Shown piece by piece: positions 1 to 8,588 of a stretch of 59,794 nucleotides of DNA; within the stretch, counting starts at the first letter, position 1; each line of letters opens with the position of its first letter. Under the pieces are notes generated by a model that was given only the letters and a program-made list of their open reading frames with translations, had not been told where the DNA came from and did not search any database. The position numbers and the translations under genes are program-made. Origin of the DNA: Nitrospirota bacterium (lineage in GTDB: Bacteria > Nitrospirota > Thermodesulfovibrionia > Thermodesulfovibrionales > UBA1546). The DNA is taken from positions 1 through 59,794 of the forward strand of contig JAKALU010000004.1 in the NCBI GenBank assembly GCA_021824065.1, in the 5' to 3' direction.

Positions 1-1369
1 GAAAGATAAATATGACAGAGCAACTGCTCTTTTAAAAAACCCTGAACGAACGACATTTATATTTGTCATGAGACCGGAGGAGTTGTCCCTATATGAAACT
101 CTGAGGGCATCAAAAGAGCTTGAGACTATTGGGATTAAATCGGGTCAGATAATCATAAATGGTATCCTGCCTGAAGAAGTCTGCGATGTTGAATTTTTCA
201 GAAGAAAATATGATTCGCAACAGAAGGTAATCAAAGAAACGGAAAGTGTAATAGATAAGCCCAAGCGATATATGTTTTTGAGGGATAATGAGGTGAAAGG
301 GGTTAGTGCATTAAAGGGTGTAGCAGAAGAATTATTTGCTACACATACTACACATAACAATATTAATCGTATGTCATTCCCGCAAGCAGAGCGCGTCGGG
401 AATCCTTCTGAGGAGAATGATTCCGGACAAGCCGGAATGACAAAAATAGAAGCTGTAGTCTTAAGTGCTGACCACCTTAGTAATATCCAAAAAACTGAAA
501 TAGACCGTCTTTTTCTTCCATCCGGTGAGACAAAGTCGCTCTTCTTTACCGGCAAAGGCGGAGTTGGCAAGACTACCATATCCTGTATTACTGCATTATA
601 CATAGCTCAAAAGGGTTTTAAAACACTTCTTGTCACAACAGACCCTGCTGCACATATCGGCGAAGTCCTCGACATCAAGATTGGAAGCAGGCCGCAGAAG
701 ATAACAGATAACCTGTTTGCGGTGATGGTGGACCAGCGAGAGGCATTTCAGGAGTACAAGGAAAAGGTTCTGAACGACGCACGAGGGAAATATTCAGAGG
801 ACATGCTTGCAACAATGGAAGAGGAACTTAATTCACCCTGCACTGAAGAAATGGCGGCATTTGACAAATTTATTCAATTCATAGAAAACAGTGATTACGA
901 TGTTGTTGTATTTGATACAGCACCAACAGGTCATACACTACGGCTCCTCGATCTTCCTTTCGACTATGCAAAACAGGTAGAGATGATGGTTTCGTCAGTT
1001 GAAAGCTCTGACATCAAAGAGACTACTCAGAACAGGTTCAGGGATATCATCAGTACGCTGAGAAATAAAAATAGAACTGTCTTCAGCCTCGTTCTTTATC
1101 CTGAGTCTACCCCGATAATGGAATCCTATCGTGCCATGCTCGATTTAAAAGATGCAGGAATACAAACCCAACTTGTGGTTGCAAATCTGATACTGCCAGA
1201 AGAAGTCTGCACCAACGACTTTTTCCGGAACAGGAGACGTATGCAGATAAAATATTTGGAAGAAATTAAGGAAAAATTCAACCTTCCCGTACTTCATCTC
1301 CGTATGATGCAGGATGAGATAAGAGGACTTAAAGCATTGAAAAATGCATTGGAAACATTGAACCGCTAA
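1..1369 (+). CDS. arsA: Arsenical pump-driving ATPase ArsA (5'-truncated by window edge)
   Basis: Frame is open from the window start (KDKYDRATALLKNPERTTFIFVMRPE). The second ATPase half has P-loop GKGGVGKTT, the TDPAAH motif and DTAPTGH. Confidence 0.9.
   Translation, partial: KDKYDRATALLKNPERTTFIFVMRPEELSLYETLRASKELETIGIKSGQIIINGILPEEVCDVEFFRRKYDSQQKVIKETESVIDKPKRYMFLRDNEVKGVSALKGVAEELFATHTTHNNINRMSFPQAERVGNPSEENDSGQAGMTKIEAVVLSADHLSNIQKTEIDRLFLPSGETKSLFFTGKGGVGKTTISCITALYIAQKGFKTLLVTTDPAAHIGEVLDIKIGSRPQKITDNLFAVMVDQREAFQEYKEKVLNDARGKYSEDMLATMEEELNSPCTEEMAAFDKFIQFIENSDYDVVVFDTAPTGHTLRLLDLPFDYAKQVEMMVSSVESSDIKETTQNRFRDIISTLRNKNRTVFSLVLYPESTPIMESYRAMLDLKDAGIQTQLVVANLILPEEVCTNDFFRNRRRMQIKYLEEIKEKFNLPVLHLRMMQDEIRGLKALKNALETLNR
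372..442. repeat. TGTC-tagged REP-like double-hairpin element inside the arsA linker
   Basis: Termini tgtcattcc...ggaatgaca are a 9-bp perfect IR. Internal hairpins attcccg/cgggaat and attccgg/ccggaat. Read in-frame as MSFPQAERVGNPSEENDSGQAGMT. Confidence 0.8.
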
Positions 1370-1379
1370 GAAGAAAAAA

Positions 1380-1727
1380 ATGAAGGCAAAAACCCTGTCG
1401 TTGATAGGACTTTTATTTCTTATCATTTTATCAGCAAGCTGCAGTAATGCAGCAGGCATCGATGATGTGTTGAATAAGGCAAAAAAAGAAGGCAAAATTG
1501 TTATGCTCGAACTTGGCTCGGTAGGTTGTCGCTCATGCGAGCAGATGAAGCCGGTCATGGAAAAGCTACGGACGAATTACAAGGGGAAAATAGAAGTCAT
1601 CTGTGTAGATGTTCGAAAAGACAGAGAGAACGGCAGGCGGTTTGGCGTTGCCATGATGCCGACACAGGTATTCCTGGATAGAAGTGGCAAGGAGTTTCAC
1701 CGGCACATCGGCTTCTACCCTTATTAA
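1380..1727 (+). CDS. Exported thioredoxin-family protein (CRSC), apparently truncated by a premature TAA
   Basis: Signal/lipoprotein-like N-terminus, GCRSC active site, PTQVF cis-Pro motif. The frame continues past the TAA as EIVPILKKTGL* to 1763. Confidence 0.8.
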   Translation: MKAKTLSLIGLLFLIILSASCSNAAGIDDVLNKAKKEGKIVMLELGSVGCRSCEQMKPVMEKLRTNYKGKIEVICVDVRKDRENGRRFGVAMMPTQVFLDRSGKEFHRHIGFYPY

Positions 1728-1756
1728 GAGATAGTGCCTATACTCAAAAAGACAGG

Positions 1757-1876
1757 CTTATAACAGAGAGCATTGTCGGCTCAAGAGGCGTCAGAAACTT
1801 TTCACTCTATTCAAAAAGGTTCAGCGGTGCGATACTGGTAATAGTAGGGATTTATTTCGGGATAACAAATATCTGA
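1757..1876 (+). pseudogene. Possible 3' relic of a CcdA/ArsG-like membrane protein
   Basis: Startless frame reads ...ESIVGSRGVRNFSLYSKRFSGAILVIVGIYFGITNI*, a basic stretch followed by one TM helix, resembling CcdA-family C-termini. It lies directly after a thioredoxin gene. Confidence 0.35.
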
Positions 1877-1929
1877 GGAGTAAACAGGAAAAAATTTAGA
1901 TATATAAAATCCGGCTCAAGGAGGTTGTT

Positions 1930-2388
1930 ATGAGAGTAAAAAAAGCTTTAAGTCTTTTGTTTGTAGCATCACTGGTTTTTACTGCCTCATTTGTCTTTGC
2001 CCAGCCAATGAGAGGCGTGTGGAAAGGAAGCGGCGGATGGGGCATGGGTTCGCAATATAACAAAATGTACAACCCTGCAACGGTCGAAACCGTGTCAGGC
2101 ACAGTTGAGGCAGTTAAGAAGTTTACACCCATGAAGGGAATGTATTCAGGAATCCACATTATGCTCAAGACGGATAAAGAGAGCGTGGATGTGCATCTCG
2201 GCCCTGAATGGTATATTGAACGGCTCGACACAAAGATCGAGAAAGGCGATAAGATCGAAGTCAAAGGTTCGAAGGTAACAATGATGGGCAAACCTGCCAT
2301 TATTGCAGCAGAGGTAAAGAAAGGCGACAGCACCCTTGTCCTCAGAGACAGCGCAGGAATTCCTGCATGGGCGGGTTGGAGAAGGTAG
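1930..2388 (+). CDS. Exported OB-fold protein (HLGPxWY family, MamS/MamX-like domain)
   Basis: Signal peptide, Gly-rich linker, VSGTVEAV and VHLGPEWY motifs, strong RBS ggagg. Confidence 0.65.
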   Translation: MRVKKALSLLFVASLVFTASFVFAQPMRGVWKGSGGWGMGSQYNKMYNPATVETVSGTVEAVKKFTPMKGMYSGIHIMLKTDKESVDVHLGPEWYIERLDTKIEKGDKIEVKGSKVTMMGKPAIIAAEVKKGDSTLVLRDSAGIPAWAGWRR

Positions 2389-2469
2389 ATTTAGAAATCG
2401 GTGTAAAGATAACATAAAAGGCCATGTTTTGAGCCGGAGGCAGGGCTGCTTTATTAATGAGGGTATCTT

Positions 2470-2679
2470 ATGATACTTGGAAGTATTTTATTGACAACAC
2501 TCATAGTTAGTCTCATTTCTTTGGTAGGGATATTTTTTGTTAGGATGAAGGAAGAATTCAGGGATGTTGTTGATAAAGTGATACAATATTGTAAAGAGAA
2601 GAATTATATTTCTCAGGACGTATCATACGATATTGATTCGATTGCGGAGGAGATCATCAAGGGTCAGGATACATTATGA
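2470..2679 (+). pseudogene. Short chimeric ORF; N-terminus resembles the first helix of a ZIP metal transporter
   Basis: MILGSILLTTLIVSLISLVGIFF resembles ZIP-family N-termini. The remaining 40 aa are hydrophilic and unassigned. Confidence 0.35.
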
Positions 2680-3068
2680 AGATAGAGTTTGAGCCTATAG
2701 GTTTTGTTAAAACAGAGACAGAGAATGTTCCACGGCATTGGACTATCTCTGATGCGGAAGGCACGATAGTCATTGACGAGCAGTACAAGGAAGGGCTTAA
2801 AGACATTAAGGCCGGACAGCGCATTGTCGTGCTTTTCTATTTCCATCAAAGCCCGCGGTTTACTCCTGACCTGCTTGTGCAGAAGCCCCGGCATCGTAAC
2901 GAGCAGTTGGGCGTTTTCAGCATCTGCTCTCCAGTCAGACCCAATCCTATCGGCATGTCGGCTGTAGAAGTTCTCAAGGTCGATGGTTGCACCATCCATA
3001 TTAAAGGGCTGGACATGCGGGACGGTTCGCCTGTCCTGGATATCAAACCCTATGTGGAGCGTGAATAA
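2676..3068 (+). CDS. tsaA: TrmO/TsaA-like SAM-binding protein (tRNA m6t6A37 methyltransferase family)
   Basis: PIGFV, GVFSICSPVRPNPIG and DGSPVLDIKPY motifs. Confidence 0.85.
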   Translation: MKIEFEPIGFVKTETENVPRHWTISDAEGTIVIDEQYKEGLKDIKAGQRIVVLFYFHQSPRFTPDLLVQKPRHRNEQLGVFSICSPVRPNPIGMSAVEVLKVDGCTIHIKGLDMRDGSPVLDIKPYVERE

Positions 3069-3785
3069 ATGGCTCTTCTTGAAATAACAGGTCTCACATA
3101 TATGACCCATGGGAAAGAAATACTTTCAGGACTCTCTTTTTCCATAGAGGCATCGGAAGTGCATGCCCTACTCGGCACAAACGGCACCGGAAAAAGCACC
3201 CTTGCCTATCTGATCATGGGCTGTGAAGGATACAGACCGACATCCGGGGAAATAGTATTTGACGGAAATGTGATTAATGACCTCAAGATCCATGAGAGGG
3301 CAAGGCTCGGCATTACAATGGCATGGCAGGAACCGGTGAGGTTTGAGGGTATATCGGTAAAAGATTATATTACAATAAAAAATAAAGATGCAGACCCTGC
3401 ATATTATCTTGAGATGGTTGGATTACATCCTGAACTCTATCTCCTCAGGATGGTTGACAAATCCCTAAGCGGCGGAGAGAGAAAGAGGATTGAGCTTGCA
3501 TCCATCCTTGCATTGAATCCAAAACTTGCTATCCTTGACGAGCCTGACTCCGGCATAGACATGCTTTCAACACAGGATATTATCAATGTCATCAATGCTT
3601 TTAAGAAAAACGGCTCTGCAGTTCTGCTCATAACCCATAGGGAGGAGATTGCCCTGATTGCAGATAAGGCATCTCAAATATGCAGGGGTAAAATTGTCTG
3701 TGCAGGAAGTCCCAGGGAAGTGGCTGAATATTATAAAGCAAGAAAATGTCTTGTATGTGATGGAGAGGTATGTGCCTATGTCTGA
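3069..3785 (+). CDS. sufC: Fe-S assembly ABC ATPase SufC (SmsC-like, minimal system)
   Basis: Walker A GTNGTGKST, LSGGERKR signature, ILDEPDSGID. Cys-rich C-terminus CLVCDGEVC. Confidence 0.88.
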   Translation: MALLEITGLTYMTHGKEILSGLSFSIEASEVHALLGTNGTGKSTLAYLIMGCEGYRPTSGEIVFDGNVINDLKIHERARLGITMAWQEPVRFEGISVKDYITIKNKDADPAYYLEMVGLHPELYLLRMVDKSLSGGERKRIELASILALNPKLAILDEPDSGIDMLSTQDIINVINAFKKNGSAVLLITHREEIALIADKASQICRGKIVCAGSPREVAEYYKARKCLVCDGEVCAYV

Positions 3786-4713
3786 GCTTGATGACTTGAT
3801 GAAGGCATATGGAGAGGCCGGAGGCGACAAGGCAGTCCTCGAAAATACTGAGATTGCTCACCTTGTTGCGAGCGGGCGCAAATTATTGAGCATGAAAAAC
3901 GTGAAGGGTCTTGAGGTGGATGCAAGGGAGACGCTTACCGGAATAAGCGTCAAGGTCACAATAAAAGAAGGCGTAAAGATAAAGAACCCCGTTCATCTAT
4001 GTTTCGGCATTCTGCACAACAAAGGAACTCAAAAAATAAAAATGGATGTAAAACTTGAGAAGAATGCATCTGCATATTTCATCGCCCACTGCATATTCCC
4101 AAAGGCAGAAAAGGTGAAACATATCATGGATGCGGTTGCGGAGGTCGGCGAAAATGCGGAGATGAGATATTCAGAGACCCATTATCACGGTCTTTATGGA
4201 GGCATAGAGGTCATACCCAAGGCAGTTGTGAAGGTCGGTAAAAATGGCAGATACTTTACAGACTTTAATCTTATAACCGGAAGGGTTGGATCTCTTGCAA
4301 TAGATTATGAGGTCGAGGCAGGAGAAAACGCAGTGACCGAATTGACAGCACGGGTCTTCGGCCATGCGAATGATGAGATCAAAATTAAGGAAAAGGTGGT
4401 TCTCACGGGCGAAAATTCCCGGGGACTGATAAAAACAAGGGTTGCCCTTGAAGACGAGGCAAAGGCTGAAGTTACAGGAATCACAGAAGGCAGCGCCGCG
4501 GGAGCAAGAGGGCATGTGGATTGCGTGGAGATAGTTAAAGACAATGCTGTTGCAAGTGCAATTCCTGTTGTTAAAGTCACAAATCCTCTTGCAAAGGTGA
4601 CCCATGAGGCAGCAATCGGAAGTGTAGATAAAAGACAGCTTGAAACTCTCATGGCACATGGCCTCACATTCGAAGAGGCAGTGGATATTATTGTGAAAGG
4701 GATACTGAAATGA
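3778..4713 (+). CDS. sufB: SufB/SufD-family Fe-S scaffold (SmsB-like)
   Basis: PVHLCFG, GHVDCVEIV, HEAAIG and LETLMAHG motifs. Start placed at ATG 3778, overlapping the sufC stop. Confidence 0.85.
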   Translation: MSELDDLMKAYGEAGGDKAVLENTEIAHLVASGRKLLSMKNVKGLEVDARETLTGISVKVTIKEGVKIKNPVHLCFGILHNKGTQKIKMDVKLEKNASAYFIAHCIFPKAEKVKHIMDAVAEVGENAEMRYSETHYHGLYGGIEVIPKAVVKVGKNGRYFTDFNLITGRVGSLAIDYEVEAGENAVTELTARVFGHANDEIKIKEKVVLTGENSRGLIKTRVALEDEAKAEVTGITEGSAAGARGHVDCVEIVKDNAVASAIPVVKVTNPLAKVTHEAAIGSVDKRQLETLMAHGLTFEEAVDIIVKGILK

Positions 4714-5150
4714 CAGAGAAAAAACTGGAAGTAATGTTTCTCTGCACAGCCAATTCCTGCCGTTCACAGATGGCTGAAGGATTTGCAAGACATTATGTAA
4801 GTGAACTCTTAGAGGTTTACAGCGCAGGACTCCTTGCTACCAGGGTTCATCCAAGGGCTATTGCTGTCATGAAAGAAATCGGCATTGATATATCAGGGCA
4901 GAGTTCAAAAGAGATGGATGAAAAACTATTGAGAAAAATGGATGTGATCATAACATTATGCGACAACGCTGAGGAATCCTGCCCCTGGACACCGCCTGAG
5001 ATAAAACGCATCCACTGGCCTATCAAAGACCCTGTAGGAACAATAGGATCAGAGGAAGAGATAATGCAAGAATTCAGAAGGGCAAGGGATGAAATAAAGA
5101 AAAATATAAAGGACTTTATCAGTGGAATAAAGAAGGATGTTACATTATAA
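4710..5150 (+). CDS. arsC: Thioredoxin-coupled arsenate reductase (LMW-PTPase fold)
   Basis: CTANSCRSQMAEG P-loop, CDNAEESCP, HWPIKDP. Confidence 0.9.
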   Translation: MTEKKLEVMFLCTANSCRSQMAEGFARHYVSELLEVYSAGLLATRVHPRAIAVMKEIGIDISGQSSKEMDEKLLRKMDVIITLCDNAEESCPWTPPEIKRIHWPIKDPVGTIGSEEEIMQEFRRARDEIKKNIKDFISGIKKDVTL

Positions 5151-5159
5151 TATAACATC

Positions 5160-5510
5160 ATGCAGGAAAAGATACTCGTTATTGATGATGAGCCTTTAAT
5201 CCTTTCATCAATAGAAAGGGCACTGGTGAAAGTGGGGTATGGAGTTGTAACTGCAACGGACATGAAAGGTTTCAAGAATGCCCTGACATCCCAGAGATTT
5301 GACCTGATAATAATGGACCTCCATATGAAAGATACTGATACCAATGAACTGGTTAGAGAAGCAAGAAGGTTTATGCCATCAGTAAAATTTCTGACTATCA
5401 GTGGTTCGGTACCAGTACAGAATTCAAAACATTTTCTCCAGAAACCGTTCAAGATAGATGTCCTGAGAGAAAAAGTAAGAGAAATCCTTGATGAGCCTTC
5501 GAGAGATTGA
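5160..5510 (+). CDS. Single-domain response regulator receiver
   Basis: ILVIDDE, DLIIMD phosphoacceptor, KPF. Confidence 0.85.
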   Translation: MQEKILVIDDEPLILSSIERALVKVGYGVVTATDMKGFKNALTSQRFDLIIMDLHMKDTDTNELVREARRFMPSVKFLTISGSVPVQNSKHFLQKPFKIDVLREKVREILDEPSRD

Positions 5511-7650
5511 CACTCTCTTATTTTCCTTTGTAAATAAAGGCCTGCAGAACAGCATTTTTGATGTATCCATGCCTGTTATCACAGAAAAGTATTATTTTAT
5601 TATATTGGTTTTAACGGGATGGCTCATAATAAAGAATAAAAAAGCAGCCATTGTTCCTATATTGCTCGCAGTTGTATCAGTAGCACTCTCAGACTGGATT
5701 TCAAATACAGTGAAACACCTTGTAGAAAGGCCAAGACCTTGCCATACATTAGAGACAGTAAGATTACTTGTTGGTTGCGGGGGTTCTTTTTCTATGCCGT
5801 CAAACCATGCTGCAAATGCATCTGCGATTATTTTTGCCCTGTCGTATCAGTCGAAAAAATGGGCGCAATGGCTGCTTCTAACAGTAGCTGCCCTTGTCGG
5901 ATTTTCGAGGATATATGTTGGGGTTCATTATCTATCTGATGTAATCGTTGGCGCACTTATCGGTGTTGTTGTCTCTATACTCGTAATCTATTCGTATAGG
6001 TGGGCATTGCTCAGATATAAGTCGAACCCTTATAGCACAGTGCTGTTAATATCTCTGCTGAGTTTAAGTCTATTCCGCATATACTACATTACACAGGGCA
6101 CTATTGATTTAAGTCCTGATGAGGCACACTACTGGGAATGGTCGAGAAGACTCGATTTGAGTTACTATTCAAAGGGTCCCATGATTGCATATCTTATAGC
6201 CTTTGGCACAGCTATTTTTGGTGACAATGTTTTTGGCATAAGAATAATGGCTGTAGTATCCTCTGTGCTGAGCAGCATCTTTATGTATCTGTTAGGCAGG
6301 CAGCTATTTGATGAACGGACAGGAGTTGCATCAGCGATTCTGATGCAAATTATTCCTCTTTATTCAGCATTCGGAGTACTCTTTACCATAGATTCTCCAT
6401 TTATATTTTTCTGGATGTTGTCGCTATATCTGTTTTATAGAGCAGTAGAGCAGCAGAGCAGCAGTTCGGCATTAAATACTTCCGAACTTCTGCCCTTCCG
6501 AACTTCTGCCCTTATATATTGGCTTCTCCTCGGTATTTCAATCGGCCTCGGTCTTCTCACAAAATATACAATGGCATTTTTTTATATCTGTGGATTTCTT
6601 TTTCTACTTGCCTCGAAACAGTACAGGTACCTTCTCCTGACAAGATGGCCATACATAAGCTTCATTTTAAGCCTCGTTGTCTTTAGCCCTGTTGTTGTGT
6701 GGAATGCAGACCATAATTGGGTTACCTTGAGGCATACAGCAGGACAGGCGCATATCAGTGAACAGTTGTCAGTTGTCAGCAGTCAGTGGTCAAAGAATTT
6801 CTTGGAATTTTTAGGGTCGCAGGTTGGAATTATTACCCCTGTAATTTTTATATTGATGATATTTGCACTATTTAAACTTAAAAATGAGGCAAAAAAGTTG
6901 CAACAAATTGCAAAGGATAGTGAAAATAATCCCCCCTCACCCCCCTTTAATAAAGGGGGGAAGGTGGGACTAACAAAAAGGTACAATGGAGATTTCCTAT
7001 TCTGGTTTTCAATTCCAATAATTGTATTTTTTATGCTGAAAAGCCTTCATGGCAAGGTTCAGGCTAACTGGGCACTCCCTGGCTATGCAACCGGATTCGT
7101 TGCGGTTTCCGCTCTATTTATTGGCAGATGGGAATCTGTGAAAAAGCGGGTAAGATGGACGATAATTGTTGGTGCTGTGCTATCCCTGAGCACTACTGTA
7201 ATTGCCCATTCCCTGCCCATCTTAAAATTACCTTCCAACTTAGACCCGAGTGCAAGGATAAGGGGATGGAAAGAACTCGGGAAAGAGGTAAGCAGGCTGT
7301 CCGATGAGCTTTCAAAGGAGGGGCCGTTTTTTATTTTTTCTGATAGATACCAGGTGTCGAGTGAGCTTGCATTTTATGTGAAAAACCACCCTGTTACCTA
7401 TTGTGTGAATCTCGGGAGGAGAATGAACCAATATGATCTGTGGCCAGGGTTTAATAACCTCATCCATTTCAATGCAGTTTTTGTTACAATAGACATTGCG
7501 CAGATGCCTGACGCCTTTATAACGGCTTTTGATAGATGCGAAAAAAAAACCTTCACTGTTTATACTGAAGGCAGAAAACTCAGAGACTATTCAATATTCA
7601 CATGCTATGATTTTAAAGGAATGCAACAGAAAGGAATAACAAGCTACTGA
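5488..7650 (+). CDS. PAP2 phosphatase fused to an ArnT/PMT-like (GT83/GT39) lipid-carrier glycosyltransferase
   Basis: N-terminal PAP2 motifs KHLVERPRP, PSNH, SRIYVGVHYLSD. Then DEAHYWEW...YYSKGP and LLTKYT motifs with many TM helices. Confidence 0.85.
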   Translation: MMSLREIDTLLFSFVNKGLQNSIFDVSMPVITEKYYFIILVLTGWLIIKNKKAAIVPILLAVVSVALSDWISNTVKHLVERPRPCHTLETVRLLVGCGGSFSMPSNHAANASAIIFALSYQSKKWAQWLLLTVAALVGFSRIYVGVHYLSDVIVGALIGVVVSILVIYSYRWALLRYKSNPYSTVLLISLLSLSLFRIYYITQGTIDLSPDEAHYWEWSRRLDLSYYSKGPMIAYLIAFGTAIFGDNVFGIRIMAVVSSVLSSIFMYLLGRQLFDERTGVASAILMQIIPLYSAFGVLFTIDSPFIFFWMLSLYLFYRAVEQQSSSSALNTSELLPFRTSALIYWLLLGISIGLGLLTKYTMAFFYICGFLFLLASKQYRYLLLTRWPYISFILSLVVFSPVVVWNADHNWVTLRHTAGQAHISEQLSVVSSQWSKNFLEFLGSQVGIITPVIFILMIFALFKLKNEAKKLQQIAKDSENNPPSPPFNKGGKVGLTKRYNGDFLFWFSIPIIVFFMLKSLHGKVQANWALPGYATGFVAVSALFIGRWESVKKRVRWTIIVGAVLSLSTTVIAHSLPILKLPSNLDPSARIRGWKELGKEVSRLSDELSKEGPFFIFSDRYQVSSELAFYVKNHPVTYCVNLGRRMNQYDLWPGFNNLIHFNAVFVTIDIAQMPDAFITAFDRCEKKTFTVYTEGRKLRDYSIFTCYDFKGMQQKGITSY
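6441..6513. repeat. In-frame tandem-unit hairpin element in the GT gene
   Basis: Octamer run agcagtag/agcagcag/agcagcag, then the 16-mer cttccgaacttctgcc twice (6479-6510). Encodes EQQSSSSALNTSELLPFRTSAL. Confidence 0.65.
6756..6790. repeat. In-frame heptamer tandem repeat (cagtNNN x5)
   Basis: cagtgaa cagttgt cagttgt cagcagt cagtggt. Encodes SEQLSVVSSQW. Confidence 0.75.
6928..6970. repeat. In-frame poly-C/poly-G palindrome (PPSPPFNKGG element)
   Basis: cccccc-ttta-a-taaa-gggggg is a perfect IR at 6940-6960. Confidence 0.75.
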
Positions 7651-8588
7651 TGACAGTCTCTATTGTAATACCGCTTTATAATGAAGAAGATAATGTAGAT
7701 ATCCTCCACCAGAGGCTGAGGGAGACCCTCGACCGGCTCGGGCTTGAATATGAAATACTCTATGTTGATGATGGGAGCAGTGACAGGACACTGGCGATAC
7801 TCGAAGAGATTCAGGCAAAAGACAAGAGAATTGTTGTGTTGAGCCTGAGAAGAAATTTTGGTCAGACAGCAGCATTTGCAGCAGGTTTTGACTTTGCGAG
7901 GGGAGACGTAGTTGTTACAATGGATGGAGACCTCCAGAATGACCCGAAGGATATTCCTAAGCTGCTGGAACTTATAAAAGACAATGACCTCGTGAGCGGG
8001 TGGAGGAGAAAAAGAAAAGATGCTTTCTTTACAAGGCGGTTGCCTTCCATCCTTGCTAATTGGATGATAAGCAGAGTGACGGGCGTCAAACTTCATGACT
8101 ATGGCTGCTCGCTCAAGGCATATAGAAGAGATGTAATCAAGAATCTTAAACTATACGGTGAGATGCACAGATTTATACCTGCGGTTGCAAGCTGGTATGG
8201 GGTTCGCATGGCAGAGGTAGAGACAACGCATTATCCGAGGGTTAGAGGGAAGTCAAAATATGGATTATCACGGACAATAAAGGTGCTCCTCGACCTGATA
8301 ACTGTTAAGTTTTTGCAGAGCTTTTCAACAAAGCCCTTGCAATTTTTTGGCCCTATTGGATTATTGAGCGGTGCATTAGGATTTCTGGTATCTCTCTATT
8401 TGAGCATAGAAAAAATATTTTTTGGAAAACCGATAGGAGGACGACCTTTGCTTCTTCTTGGCGCCCTCTTAATAATTGTCGGGATCCAGCTTATCGGCAT
8501 GGGGCTTCTCGGTGAAATGCTTGTAAGGGTATATCACGAAAGTCAGAGAAAACCAATTTACGTAATTAAGAAAGTCATTGGCCCATAA
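7650..8588 (+). CDS. GT2 polyprenol-phosphate glycosyltransferase (ArnC/DPM-synthase-like)
   Basis: SIVIPLYNEE, VDDGSSD, RNFGQTAA, MDGDLQNDP, two C-terminal TM helices. Confidence 0.9.
   Translation: MTVSIVIPLYNEEDNVDILHQRLRETLDRLGLEYEILYVDDGSSDRTLAILEEIQAKDKRIVVLSLRRNFGQTAAFAAGFDFARGDVVVTMDGDLQNDPKDIPKLLELIKDNDLVSGWRRKRKDAFFTRRLPSILANWMISRVTGVKLHDYGCSLKAYRRDVIKNLKLYGEMHRFIPAVASWYGVRMAEVETTHYPRVRGKSKYGLSRTIKVLLDLITVKFLQSFSTKPLQFFGPIGLLSGALGFLVSLYLSIEKIFFGKPIGGRPLLLLGALLIIVGIQLIGMGLLGEMLVRVYHESQRKPIYVIKKVIGP

Noticed and set aside
1725-1727. Stop-codon recoding (selenocysteine or alternative code) in the thioredoxin gene
   Set aside because: The codon is TAA, not TGA or TAG; the expected residue is Glu; TAA terminates many other genes normally here.
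1930-2388. MamS/MamX-like domain suggesting a magnetosome island (Nitrospirota include magnetotactic members)
   Set aside because: No other mam/mad/man genes are in the window, and this OB-fold family is widespread in non-magnetotactic anaerobes.
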